Shown: positions 39,880 to 53,616, counted from the first letter of the stretch. The stretch is 64,000 nt of DNA from Octopus sinensis (GCF_006345805.1 NC_043007.1:65348001-65412000), one strand, 5' to 3'. Notes: generated by a model from the letters alone, not told the origin. Translations and numbers: made by a program.

Positions 39880-41950
39880 TAATGAATCTGAAAAGAGGCA
39901 AAGCAACAGTCTGTAGCAGATATAGAATTACAAAATAGGAAAGTAATGAAACAAATTAGAAATGAAGTCTATAAGTATCTTGACACACTAGAATTTAATG
40001 AAAACATAGAGAAAGAAATAAAAGAACAGCTGAAGAAAGAGTATTTCCGAAGACTACGATTGTTGTTTCGCTCAGAAATGACTGGATGGCATATATTCCA
40101 TGTAGTATATATATATATATACATAGGCGATAGCATCAATTAAATATGGAATTGGAATCATAATCTGACAAAAATGAACTGATGAGTAAGGATAGGAAAA
40201 CAGGAAAAAATTAATTAACATTGTACGGAGCATTCCACCCCAAGAGTGACACTGATCGGTTGTACTTATCCAGAAGAAAGGACGGGAAAGGTCTGATCAG
40301 TTGCCAAGATTGTGTAGAATCAGAGGAAAACTGTTGAGGGTGGTATGTAAAACATGTCAAAAAGCCTTTTTGTCTAGAGTTCAAATTCCATCCTTACATC
40401 AACACTAAAACAGTAGACAGTGTTTACCAAGGAACTCACTTGTACTTCATCCTTGCTATGCAACTTCAAATTATCCATAAAAAGAAGATAGTTGATTCTT
40501 TGTGTTTTTCTCTTGAACTGATATCTCAGGTTCCTTTTCCTCAGTACCAAGGTCAGAGGGATCATGCAAAGTACAAAAATCCACAATTGATAAGCTATCC
40601 CCTTGATGCCTAAAGTACCCAATCTTTTTCAGTATGATGTCAACTCAGTTTTATAACCCACCATACTTCATTTCAGAAAACTTGTTATATTCCTTGCAAT
40701 TCCAAACATATCTAAACACTCAATGATTCACGAATGTGGAAATTATATCGTAAGCTTTGCGGTAATCAATCCAGGCCGTTCCCAAATTTGTCCTACTTCG
40801 CTTACCACTTATCTATCAGCAATTGGTCTTTGGTACTTCTGCATTTTGTCTTACAACCCTTTTGTTCCGTTGGGAAAATATCATTATCCTTAAGCAATTT
40901 GTACATTTCTTCTGCAATGCCTCCTGTACAAATTTCTTAATTATAATGATATTTTACCAACGGAACAAAAGGGTTGTAAGACAAGATGTAGAAGTACCAA
41001 AGACCAATTACTGATAGACAAGTGGTAAGCGAAGTAGGACAAAATTTGGGAACAGCTTGGATTGATTACCGCAAAGCTTATGATATAATTTATACTTATT
41101 TTATCGACCTGTAACTTGCTCATCAATGGAATGCAAGAAATAGGCCTGTGATTGGCGGCTGTACTGCCTTTCGATACATCCTTCAAGCACAACACCGTTC
41201 ACCCTTTGTTCGACTACTCTGGAATTTCTTTTGTCCCATCAACCAATGCATTAAATTACTCTACAACCAATTTATGGCACCTACTGAACATTTTAAACCA
41301 AATTCCCTGTACACCATCAGATACTGCTGCTCATCTTTTTCTTCACATTTCTTATACTGTCCTCGGTAAAGCCGATAGCTTCTTGCTGGTAATAGGTAGT
41401 TGTTTGCTTCAGACTGCAGAGCCATTCAGCTCCAGTATTATGTTGCCCTTGCTTACTCCATATCTCATTCCAAAGCTGTCGACTTTCATTTGCATCAGGA
41501 ACTAATCTTTTGTATGCTAAACCATCGTCCATTTCTTGATAATTTTTTTCCTTTTTAGTCAGTTCTAAATTATCAATTTTGCCGGTATTGTTTAATCCAT
41601 TGGTCAAACCTAGTTAGTTTCACCTTCTTGGCAAGTAAGAGCTGCTTCATTTCTTCAATCACAACATTCACTCCTTTTGTATCAACACCATAACTCTTCA
41701 ATTTTTCAAATTTACGACCATTCTTTAGTTCTCCTTTTCTTTTCCTGCCATATAATGACACTACACTGTTCAGAGACCTTATATCTTCTGATGTTTTCCT
41801 TTTCCACCAAGGTTGTTTATTTCCTTTTCTTTCCGTCAAGATTTTGTTCTCATTGATATTCAGTACCATCCTTTTTGCAACACTCCTACTTGCAGCCTTG
41901 ATGAGTTTATTTGTTTGTGAGATGTTCTTTGTTTCAATGTATTTATTGTT
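39880..41950. mobile_element. Rearranged R4/Dong-like LINE: minus 40374-41950 with an inverted segment (plus 39880-40373) and an internal inverted duplication
   Basis: The minus strand ends at FMDNLKL...MEFEL at 40374; the expected continuation (LKRGK, YKYLD, KKEYFRR) lies on the plus strand from about 39890. Confidence 0.75.
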
Positions 41951-41977
41951 GTTGTTGCTATTATTACTGTTGTTGTT

Positions 41978-42045
<68 letters not shown>

Positions 42046-42079
42046 GGGGAAAAATTTGAAACTATTATTATTGTTATTA

Positions 42080-42117
<38 letters not shown>

Positions 42118-42263
42118 CATTATTATTATTATTATTATTATTATCATCATCATCATCATCATCATTATTATATTATTATATTATTATTATTATTTTTATT
42201 ATTATTATATTATTATTACCATTATTATTATTATTATATTATTATTATTATTATTATTATTAC

Positions 42264-42331
<68 letters not shown>

Positions 42332-42357
42332 TTATTTTTATTATTATTATTATTATT
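41950..42357. repeat. About 400-bp compound (TAA)n/(TTA)n/(CAT)n array
   Basis: Direct inspection. Confidence 0.97.
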
Positions 42358-42570
42358 TAGGCGGTGAGCCGACCGAATCGTCGGTACACCGGATAGAGTG
42401 CTTATTGATATTTCGTCTGTCTTCGTGTTCTGAGTTCAAATTCCACCGAATTCAAATTTTTCCTTTCGGGGTCGATAAAATAAGTACCAGTTGAGTACTG
42501 GGGTCGATGTAATCGACTATCCCCCTCCCCCAAATGTCAGGCCGTGTGCCTGAAGTAGAAGTGATTATCA
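42358..42570 (+). mobile_element. SINE copy directly after (TTA)n
   Basis: Head, body and tail of the main SINE family. Confidence 0.88.
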
Positions 42571-42789
42571 TTATTGAGAAAGCAGTGCATGGGTAAAATG
42601 ACTACTGGGGTAAAATATACGAAGCCCAGTATACCTATCATGTCACTGGGGTAAAATATACGAAGCCCAATATACCTATCATGACTACCCGTTTCGTAAG
42701 GGTACACCAGGCACATGCATCATAACCATATGTGCGCTACATAGTGATCTCAGATCAAGATAAACAACGGATGACCTCGCAGTTAGAAT

Positions 42790-43740
42790 TTTCTTCAGAT
42801 CGAATAGCCATCCCACTCAAAAGGTCCTTGAATAAGAGTTGTTCTACTGGAATTCTATTCCAATCTCCTTCAACCATTTGTCTATATCCTTGCTCACTGT
42901 TCCCAATTCTCCAATTATTATAGACATAAGTTTTATACTTTTCAAACTTCAAGTCTTTGCAATTTCAAATTTTAAGGGATTGTATTTTTATTTTTGTCTT
43001 TCGTCCTCTTTCTTTACTATCCTAGAATCAAACGGACATGAAGGATCGATCATTAAGCAACTTCGCTTTTCCTTGTCAAGTATTGTTATGTCTGGTCTAT
43101 CATTTTCTAATTTCTTGTCCCTCAAAATTTTACATTTCTCCGACTCCAACCCTCTTTCGACTCAATGATTGTACCGTGTGTTTCCAGCTCCAAACCCCCA
43201 TTTTTGGCAAAGTTCCCTGTGTAAAACATTTACAAACTGGTCGTGCCTTTATTTCTTATATTCTTCCTGTGCCAGCTTGAGACATTCTGCGGCAATGTGA
43301 GCCACTGTGTCGTTCTCCCCATATACATTTTTTCTCATGTTTTTTTTTATCGCTTGATCTTGAGTTACTACAATTAGGTTCTCTGATTTTTTAAAAAAAT
43401 TTAATTTCCCTTTTTCTAACCAAGCCCAGGATTCTGTTCCACATACATCTTTTGTGGCTTTCTAAAATTGAGCATGCAAAAGTTTATCTTCAATTTAACG
43501 TGCTCCCTTTGAATTTTATTCTTGTCCTCTTAATCACCTGTTCCTTATTCACTGTCTTTAGTAGATTCTCTGTGTTATTCTGTAAATATTCTATTATCAG
43601 GATTTCTTTTCTTTGGCACATTACTACATGAACAAGTAACAAAAAGTATGACCAGACGTAACCAAGTCGGGAATTTCTGAAAATTATCCATAGTTTCGGA
43701 CACAATGACCTCAGAAACAGCGCAGGCTGCTGATTTTCGT
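42790..43740 (-). mobile_element. R4/Dong-like LINE C-terminal fragment
   Basis: Collinear with the 150-990 fragment (AECLKLAQEEYKK, LHRELC, PDITIL, PSCPFD). Confidence 0.85.
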
Positions 43741-45099
43741 TATACTTTTCTTGATAATGCTGTCACTCTTACCCACCAGCATAGAATGCACAGCTAATAG
43801 AGAGATGATTCCAGGTTCGAAGTTTTGTTTATCGTTTGGCTCAAGACTACGTCTCCATTAAAGAGCCGTGCTGAAGAGAAACGTTGCTGCACAAAAGGCG
43901 ACAAAATATTCTCACTCCCTTGACATCGCTGTCGGTGTTTCCGCCGCAGCACGTGCCTACGCATGATCTGCCACGGCAGAGTGTGTTGGGAACAGATGAA
44001 CCTTAATGATTTATAACATCACATATTTTAGTAAGGCGTGTATCGTCGAATACAGAGATCAACAGAAGCTGGATATTAATTAGTTTAATGACTTCGGTAT
44101 GATGACATATAAAGCAAAATTGTTGGAGCGTCAGAAAAAATGCCAACGATGTTTAGTTGCATGCAATTTTTTTATTTGTCTTCTGCGTTCAAATCCTGCT
44201 AAGAGACAAATTCTGCCTTTCATATTTCCGAGTGTCAATAAAATTCGCTCAGTCACTAGAGACTGAATTAATTTTTCGCGGACTCTGCAGCAGGAACCTC
44301 CATGGTTCAACGGAAGATAAGGCCGTTGCAGGCAACGCATTGTGGTGTGCAGAGAGAAAGATGAGGCAAGTAAGACATCTCGGCCATCCACTGCATCCGT
44401 CTCCATCCTCAGACGTTTAGCATGGTCATCCGTCGGAGATTAATCGAAAACTAAGGGATTTGAACTCAGAATGAAAATGCACCTAACTGAATGTGTCTAA
44501 GTATTTTGTTAGGCATTCTGCTGATTCTGCCGTCACTGCAATACTTTCTGCTGATCCTCTTTCCTCTAATTCATGATAAATAAAGATGGTAATAAATAAA
44601 CAAATAAACAAATAAATAATCAAATTAAAATACTGCGAAATTTCTGCTTAATCTGTGCAGCAAATGTTAAGTGTACGGCTCTCCATAATCCTTACTATCA
44701 GAATGTTAAATGGTTGATAAGGAATATGTATTAAATGAGCCGAAGAAAGCAATTTACAAGAAGGAATGAAGCGTTGGCTGACAATATAAAAAGAAAAACA
44801 TGCACACACACACACACACACACACACCACACACACACACACACACACAAAGACATAAACTAAATGTAGAGAAAAAGTAGCTGCAAACAACTGTGTTATG
44901 TTTCTGACGTGATGAAAATGCTTGCAGATATTTCTGCTCGTTGTGTTATCGTTGTATAAGAGGCCATTAACATAGCCTGTATTATATATTCGCACTTACT
45001 ATTTTATCATTCATTTCCAAATTGATTTGAAAGGATCCAGGTGGGATTGTCTATTTAACCATTGTATTGATAATAACGATGATAGAAATAATTATCAGT

Positions 45100-47077
45100 C
45101 TTTCTATTACAGGCATAAGGCCTAAAGTTTGGGTGGAGGGGCTGGTGGATTACATCAACACTAGTACTCAACTAATACTTATTTCAGCGACCCTGAAAAC
45201 ATGAAAGGCAAAATTTACCTCGGCGGAATTTGAACTATGAACGTAAAGTCTTAAGAAATGCGCACTAACAATTCTACAACTCAACGCCTTAATAAACCTT
45301 TTTATAGTAGGTACAAGACCTGAAATTTTGAGGGGAGTGTGCGAGTAGATTACATTGGCTCTATTGCTCAGCCGGTACTTATTTCATCGATACCCAAAAC
45401 GATGAAAGTTAAAGTACACCTCGGCGGAATTTGAACAATTTGAACTCAGGACGTCAAGGCGGACTAAACATCACTAAGCATTTTGTTCAGCGTGCTAATC
45501 TATATATATAAAACTGTAGTTGTGTGAGTGTCTGTCTCCTACGATTTAGATTCCTAACTACTCCCACATTTTGCGGTGCAGTTAAAAATAATTTAACATC
45601 ATTTTTTTTCCATTTTAATGCATATTTTTTCGTGTGTCGATGGCGGCGGAGTTGGCGTCCATGGTCACACCTGTACCTGTGTTGCTTCTCCCCCTTCTTC
45701 CCTCCCTCGTGAAGCTGTGGGGAAGGGAGTGTAAGGAAATCAACGTCGTAAAGCATTGTCAAGGAGACCAGCGTTCTTTTAGAACAACGACTTCATGGCT
45801 TGAAGACACCAAAATTACCATCATTTTTTATTCCATTTTGAATGCATTTTTTTGCTATAACTCACTAAAAATGCTTATATAGTTATTTTCCTTACAAACC
45901 CGAGCAACGCCGGGCGATACTGCTAATGATTAATAATATTAATAATCCTTTCTAGTGAAGGCACAAAGCCTGAAATTTGGGGGAGGAGTAAATCGATTAT
46001 GTCAATTCCAGTGTTGAACTGGTACTTATCTCATTGACCCCGAAAGGGTGAAAGGGGAAGTCGACCTTGGCGGAATTTAAACTGAGGACGACGTAAAGAC
46101 GGACGAAATGCCGCTTAGCAATTTGCCTGGTGTGCTAAGGATTCTGCCGGCTCATCGCCTTCATAATAATAATAATAATAATATAATAATCCTTTCTAGT
46201 GAAGGCACAAAGCCTGAAATTTGGGGGAGGAGTAAATCGATTATGTCAATTCCAGTGTTGAACTGGTACTTATCTCATTGACCGCGAAAGGGTGAAAGGG
46301 GAAGTCGACCTTGGCGGAATTTAAACTGAGGACGACGTAAAGACGGACGAAATGCCGCTTAGCAATTTGCCTGGTGTGCTAAGGATTCTGCCGGCTCATC
46401 GCCTTCATAATAATAATAATAATAATAATAATCCATTCTGCTATAGGCAAAGGGCCTAAAGTTTTGGGTTAAGGGGATAGTCGATGTAGTCGACGCCAGT
46501 GTTCAACTGGTACTTATTTTATCGACCTTGAAAGGATAAAAGGCAGAGTTGATTTCAGCGGGATTTGAACTCAGAGTGTAAACACAGACGAAATACTGCT
46601 AAGCATATCGCCCGGTGTACTAACCATTCTGTCAGCTAGCCGCCTTCATACTACTACTACTACTACTACTAACTACTACTACTACTACTACTACTAATAA
46701 TAATAATAATAATAATAATAATCCTTTCTACTAAAGGCACAAGGCCTGAAAATTTGGGGAGGGGGTAAGTTGATTTCATCGACCCGAGTGTTTTCGAAAG
46801 GATGAAAAGCAAAGGCGACCTCGACAGAATTTGAACTGAGAACGTGAAGATAGATGAAATACCTATATCTTTACTACCCGCAAGGTGCTAAACACAGAGG
46901 ACAAACAAGGACAGACAAAGGGATTAAGTCGATTACAACGACCCCAGTGCGTAGCTGGTACTTAATTTATCGACCCCGAAAGGATGAAAAGCAAAGTCGA
47001 CCTCGGCGGAATTTGAACTCAGAACGTAACGGCAGACGAAATACGGATACGCATTTCGCCAGCACGCCGCCTTTCTT

Positions 47078-47130
<53 letters not shown>

Positions 47131-47310
47131 CCTTTCAGGTATAGGCAAAAGGCTTGAAACTTTTTAAGGGGGGTGTTAGCCAATTACAACGGCCTCAGTG
47201 CTCAAGCGGTACTTCATTCATCGACCTCGAAAAAATAGAAGGATGAGAGACAAAGTCCACTTTTTAACGGAATTTGAACTCGTAACGTAATGCCGGAAGA
47301 ATATATTTCG
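45100..47310 (-). mobile_element. Head-to-tail array of at least 8 minus-strand SINE monomers separated by (TAA)n/(TAC)n
   Basis: Repeated reverse-complement SINE bodies; includes a 244-bp tandem duplication and a Tx1-tailed dimer at 46720-47070. Confidence 0.9.
45499..45926 (+). mobile_element. Non-autonomous Helitron inserted in a SINE
   Basis: 5' TCTATATATATAAAA, subterminal hairpin CCCGAGCAACGCCGGG and 3' CTAA; inserted between A and T with no TSD. Confidence 0.85.
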
Positions 47311-47384
47311 GATGTTTGTCCTTTTCTTTTGATCACAATGACCATTATGTAGAAATACGAAACTTGTGGGGACATAAATGTATG

Positions 47385-47431
<47 letters not shown>

Positions 47432-47698
47432 GTGTGTGTATGTGTGTGTGTGTGTGCGTGTATGTGTGAGTTTGTGCTTGTTTGGCCCCCTCACCATCAC
47501 AGATGTTGTTGCACTTACGTCCCCGTAAACTAGCGGTTCTGTTGCTGAGACCGATATAATAAGTACCATGTTTGAAAATATTAGTAAGTACTGGGGTCGA
47601 TTTATTCGGCTAAAATTCTACAAGGTGGTACCCCAATATGGCAGCAACCTTATGGCGGAAACAAGTGAAAGATGAAGATGATAAACGATATATATATA

Positions 47699-47979
47699 CT
47701 GTTGTGTCTGGGGAGAGTCATTCTCTTTTAGTACCTTATTATTTAACACACTCACCGGTAAAATTTCCACTTATTTCGTCTTTTTATTTTCCTAAAATTT
47801 TCGTTGCGTCTTGCAACCTTTTCAATAGTCTTGACTCTCAGAGTCAAGACTATTGAAAAGGTTGCAAGACGCAACGAAAATTTTAGGAAAATAAAAAGAC
47901 GAAATAAGTGGAAATTTTACCGGTGAGTGTGTTAAATAATAAGGTACTAAAAGAGAATAACTCTCCCCAGACACAACAG
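47699..47979. repeat. 281-bp near-perfect palindrome (140-bp arms, 1-nt spacer)
   Basis: Symmetric about 47839 with one mismatch seen (47719/47959). The ORF track shows mirrored peptides on both strands. Confidence 0.98.
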
Positions 47980-48789
47980 AATATGCTTCAACACACGAAC
48001 TCATATAAAGAATCTTGCAAACCAAATCCAAAAACGATAGATATATATATGGGGGTGGGGTAGAGGTGCGCATGTGTTTATGAGTGGCAAGATGCATAAG
48101 ACCTTGGCAGCAATTCGAGTCGCCGAGTGTGCCTCTACGCGGTTACTAATCTGCTAGAGCTAACTGTCATATCTGACCCCAGTCATACCATGCTGTCAGA
48201 AAAATGAACACATATAATTTTGTAGTGGATTCTTTGCACATGGGAAATACACTGGATGGTCACGACTGGGTTGCTTTCAAACGTAGGACGGATCGTCAGG
48301 GTAGATCTGATCTAATAAACCGCGAAAACAACAAATGCCACCACAGCCTCCCAGAGTCTGCATATAATTTACCTATAGAAATTTATAAATACTTGCTGGC
48401 ATTCTGGCAAAACATTTAAAAAGTCAAACTAAATGATTCACAATATTCTAGGGTTCACAAGAAAGTAGTCCCAATTAAAAAGCCTCGCTGTGGGCTAAAT
48501 AGGAATGAACGTGGTTTATAGAGCAATACACAGTTTCAATTTTTATGCCCTATCCTTTACTCTCATTGAATTTCCACGTATGCTTTGTCTAACATTGTCA
48601 TCAGCATGAAAACCCATTATTTAAATAAATCCCTTCCATTATGTGGGGTAAGCAAGTTGTTGCAGGTAGACAACGGAGAAGTGAAACCATACGAGCAAGG
48701 AAAAACTGACAAGGGAACAATCAGTATAATACGATCATTTCTTGATCAACTGTGTATCTGTCTTTCGAAGAATATTAGCGTTGTGCTTC

Positions 48790-49130
48790 AAACAATACAT
48801 GTATGTATGGCACACCGTCGGTTACGACGGTGGGTGTTCCAGTTGATCTGATCAACAGAACAACCTGCTCGTGAAATTAAGCGTGTAAGTGGTTGAGCAT
48901 TCTACAAACTCCGCGTATACTTAATGCAGTTTTCAGGGAGATTCAGCGTGACACAGAATGCGGCAAGACTGCCCCTTTGAAATATAGGTACTACTCATTT
49001 TTGCCAACCTAGTTGATTGGAGCAACGTAAAATAAAGTGTCTTCCTCAAGAACACAACGTGCTGCAGGGAATAGAACTCATATCCTAACAATCGTGAGCC
49101 GAATACCTAATCACTAAGCCACGCACCTTC
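48790..49130 (-). mobile_element. Third tRNA-derived SINE family (Ceph-SINE-like)
   Basis: Minus strand has a tRNA-like head, CTTGAGGAAGACACTTTATTTTACGTTGCTCC and a GATCAACTGGAACACC tail. The family name is tentative. Confidence 0.6.
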
Positions 49131-49160
49131 ATATAGTGTAGTATAATATATTATAGTTTA

Positions 49161-49203
<43 letters not shown>

Positions 49204-49229
49204 GTACTAAACTATAATATATTATTATT

Positions 49230-49450
49230 CAAAATGTGACCGCGTGTGTACCGTTGGCGATTTTTTTCCTCCGTCTTCCCTTCTCTGGATCTTTCCTTTT
49301 CTGACGAAGAGCTGTTTCTGACGAAGAGCTCCGCTCGAAACGTAAAGCCCTCCTTCTTCCCTTCCTTCCAGAGCGTCCAATAATACTATATTTGTTCCAC
49401 GTCCTCGCGTTGTTGTGTTTTCTCTTTGTGTTTTCATGTTTGGATTAACT
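49230..49450 (+). mobile_element. Penelope-like terminal-repeat fragment with minimal hammerhead-like core (49314-49348)
   Basis: gttt-CTGACGA-a-GAGC-tcc-GCTC-GAAA-cg-TA-aagc; flanked by (TA)n; reverse-orientation relative at about 56760-56960. Confidence 0.7.
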
Positions 49451-49799
49451 ATATATATATATGCATATATATATATACATATATATATAGACATATATAT
49501 ATTATAGAAATGTGTGTGCATGCGTGTGTGTGTGTGTGTGTGTGTACGCGCGCACTTGTGTGTGTGCGTGTGCGTGTATGTATTTATATGTATATATATA
49601 TGCATATATAGTTGAAATTTACAAAAAAACAAAAGACGAAAGCAGGTGTATAAACAACAACCAGGTGTATTAGTTTGACGCTGGGAAAGTGAGAAAGTCT
49701 TTTACGTTTCGAACATACGCTTTTCAACAGAAACGCACACAAGGAAATAAACAGAGAAAGAATTAAAAAAAATTTGGCGTTAGCGGTTAATCATGGGGA

Positions 49800-49997
<198 letters not shown>

Positions 49998-50210
49998 TAC
50001 TTTACTATACTATACTGTTTTATATATAATTTTTCGGTGTATGAACTTTAGATTTACAAGTTGGATAGGCAGCAGAATTTTATAGACTACTTGGATTACA
50101 ATGATTTTACTGGTCAATTTAGTTAGCCAAACTGACTTCTACAGAGTGCTTTAAAAGTATTCGTCTGGTCTTTTAATCCCCTTTTCTCTTGTGTATGTGT
50201 TTGCGTATAT

Positions 50211-50254
<44 letters not shown>

Positions 50255-50918
50255 TGTGTGTGTGTGTGTATATATATATATATGTATGTATGTATTATGT
50301 ATGCATGGGTGTGTATACCTGAGTGTGTTCGTGTATCTCTGTGCGTATGTATGTATTCATATATGAAGATGTGATTATATATTTGCACATAAGTTCGTAT
50401 CTAGGTGACTACATATCTTAAGTTTATACATATTCGTGTATTTCATTGCTTGCATATAAGTTTAATATATGGATGCAGCTATATGTATGTACTTGTACAC
50501 ACTAATGTGCGTCCGTATAATAGACACACACACATACACGCGCACCCCACCCCCATATATATATGGGGGTGACGTTTTAAGTCTATGTATGTATGAAGAA
50601 GATGACACAATCGTTCCTTTAACATTTACAACTCAAAATGACAAATGAACGTTGCCGTCCCGCTGGGGGAATTCATGAGATGGAACACTACCAAGTAAAC
50701 GGAGATTGGTCAGTTCCCGACATACGTCATCAACACACGAACCGCGCGAGCACACTTATATACGTGCCACAAATATTCACACACACATACACACACACGT
50801 ATCTCCATGTACATTAAACATATATGCATATACATGTAGACATGTGTGCATATACATACACGCAGACACCATATATATCTATATATATATATACACCTTT
50901 CTCTGTTTCTGTCCCCTC

Positions 50919-51015
<97 letters not shown>

Positions 51016-51199
51016 GTGTATCTACTCCTGTAGTACACACATTGACGTATGTATACAATATTCACCTCTCGTTCAACTAAATCACCTACGCATCATCTAG
51101 ACATATCTAGACATACGTCAACATATACACATATACATATATGGACACGTACGAATACTTCGACGTACAAGTACAAATAACTAGAGACGTGCACATACA

Positions 51200-51219
51200 C
51201 GCATACATACATACATACA

Positions 51220-51253
<34 letters not shown>

Positions 51254-51317
51254 CATACATACATACATACATACATACATACTACTACATACATACATAT
51301 ATACATACATGCATACA

Positions 51318-51351
<34 letters not shown>

Positions 51352-51373
51352 CATACATACATACATACATACA

Positions 51374-51407
<34 letters not shown>

Positions 51408-51475
51408 CATACATGCATACATACATACATACATACATACATACATACATACATACATACATACATACATACATG

Positions 51476-51507
<32 letters not shown>

Positions 51508-51512
51508 CATAC
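51200..51512. repeat. (CATA)n microsatellite
   Basis: Direct inspection. Confidence 0.98.
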
Positions 51513-51939
51513 ACAAAAGCACCCACACACAAGTTCGCGCCCATTCACACAGAGAGCGTCATAAATAAATTAACATACAAAACGATATAAAAACATTATA
51601 CAATAGACACCCAAACAAAAAGAAAAAGAGAACAATAGATTAAGATTGCTAACAACCATAACGACATCAGTAACGACAACAACACCAACAGCAGCAACAT
51701 GAACAAAAGGTACGATGACAATGACACGCACAACTTTAAAACGTAGTTGTTCTCCACTTCTTACATCTGTTGGCTGTGCGTTAAGAAGCTTTCTTCCCAA
51801 CTACAGGGTTCCGGTTTCAGTCCCACAGTGTGGCACCTTGGGTAAGTGCCTTCTACTGTAGCCTCAGTTGACCAAGCCTTGTGAGGGGATTCGATAGTTT
51901 GGTAGAAGGAAATTGAAGGGCGTATGTCGTGTATATATA

Positions 51940-52000
<61 letters not shown>

Positions 52001-52095
52001 ATAAAACGGTAAGATAACAAAGAAAGAAAGAGACCTCAATATTATGTAAATAGAGGAAATTCTCTATACAATATGTTACATTACTCGGTAGTCAA

Positions 52096-52156
52096 GATAA
52101 AACTCTGAGTTTCAGATGCCGAAGTGGAAATCCACAACACCATCTCTTCGGTTATC
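52096..52156 (-). ncRNA. Type I hammerhead-ribozyme-like motif (one core mismatch)
   Basis: GATAA-CCGAAGA-GATG..CATC-T-GAAA-CTC-A-GAG-TT-TTATC: stems I, II and III all pair; U4 reads C. Confidence 0.55.
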
Positions 52157-52310
52157 TGGCTATTTGAAAACTTTATGAAAAAATACCGTTAAATAAAGGG
52201 AAATTACTCTGTTATAACTCTGCTTGCCTGCGTACTTATACATCGCTCGCATTTTTCGTCATAAAAATTATATAAAAATACATAAAAAATATATTAAAAA
52301 TATATATATA

Positions 52311-52383
<73 letters not shown>

Positions 52384-52384
52384 A

Positions 52385-52530
52385 GAGTTTACGAAAACAA
52401 CAAAAGACGAAGACAGGTGGTGTACAAAACAAACATGTATTAGTATAACGCTCAGGAATAGAAAAAGTCTTTTACGTTTCGAGCCTACGCTCTTCTACAG
52501 AAAGGGACACAGAAAAACAAGGAGAGAAGC
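52385..52530 (-). mobile_element. Penelope-like terminal fragment with minimal hammerhead-like core (52469-52504)
   Basis: cttt-CTGTAGA-a-GAGC-gtag-GCTC-GAAA-cg-TA-aaag; between (TA)n tracts; relatives at 49620-49740 and 54100-54180. Confidence 0.65.
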
Positions 52531-52547
52531 AAGGAGAGGAAATATAT

Positions 52548-52601
<54 letters not shown>

Positions 52602-52615
52602 TGAGAGAGAAAGAA

Positions 52616-52770
52616 AGAGAGCAATAAGAAGATGGAGGGGATCAATAGGTGGGTCATCACTTTTAGACATTATATTATGTTAATTTATTTATTTACTAAA
52701 ATGACATAATATAACGTCTAAAAGTTGATGAACCATCTATTGATCCCCTCCATTTCCTTATTGCTCTATA
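52616..52770. repeat. Imperfect palindrome (about 72-bp arms, about 10-nt spacer)
   Basis: GAGCAATAAGAAGATGGAGGGGATCAATAGG...TTATATTATG is mirrored by CATAATATAACG...CTATTGATCCCCTCCATTTCCTTATTGCTC. Confidence 0.92.
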
Positions 52771-52947
52771 AATTAATGGTAAAATAACTTTTTAACCTCA
52801 CCAATTTTGTACACTCGGTAATGTAATTGCAATGCAATAAAAAACACTTGTGTATTAATAATTGGGTATTCTACCAGCAGTATATTGGATAGATATTATC
52901 CCTTAGTTGGTTGGATTCACAACTTCTTTCTTGGAATATATATATAT

Positions 52948-52980
52948 ACTAGCAGAGATACCCGGCGTTGCCCTTGTTAC
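52948..52980 (-). mobile_element. Helitron 3' end remnant
   Basis: GGGCAACGCCGGGTATCTCTGCTAGT on the minus strand, matching the 45901-45926 terminus. Confidence 0.6.
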
Positions 52981-53559
52981 ATGCAATTGAAGAATTAGAC
53001 TTTTCTTTTATATTTTCTGTAATGAACTGGAATACCCCAGCATGGCCGCAATCAAATGACTGAAACAAGCAAAAAAAAAAAGAAAGAATAAAAGGATATA
53101 TATATATATATTATCATTCGCCTTTTTTACTTGTGCAACTGGGGCCATGCTGGGGCACCGCCCTAAAATTTTTAATAGAATGAATCGGCGCCTCAGTACT
53201 TATTTTCTTTTAAGTTAGGTACTTTTTCTATCGGTCTTTTGCCGAACCGCTAGTTGACGGTGACGTAAACACACCAACACCGGTGTCAAGCTGTCTGGGA
53301 CAAACACAGACATAAAGTTACATACCCTATGTATGTGTACATGTGGGTATGCATATGTTGGTGTGTTTGTACACACACATATACACACACATTCGATGCG
53401 TTTCTTTCAAAGGCTTTGGCCGTATCTAGGCTACAGCAGAATACACTCGCTCAAGGTATCACGCAGTGGAACTAAACCGGAATCATGTAGTTGGGAAGCA
53501 GGCTCCTTACCACACAACCAGGCCAGTATCTATATATATATATATGTGTGTTGTGTGTG

Positions 53560-53616
<57 letters not shown>

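Noticed and set aside
43773-43870. Minus-strand segment with strong acceptor and GTAAGA donor whose best frame has one TAA that A-to-I editing could recode
   Set aside because: All three frames contain stops and there is no evidence of editing; it could be UTR or chance.
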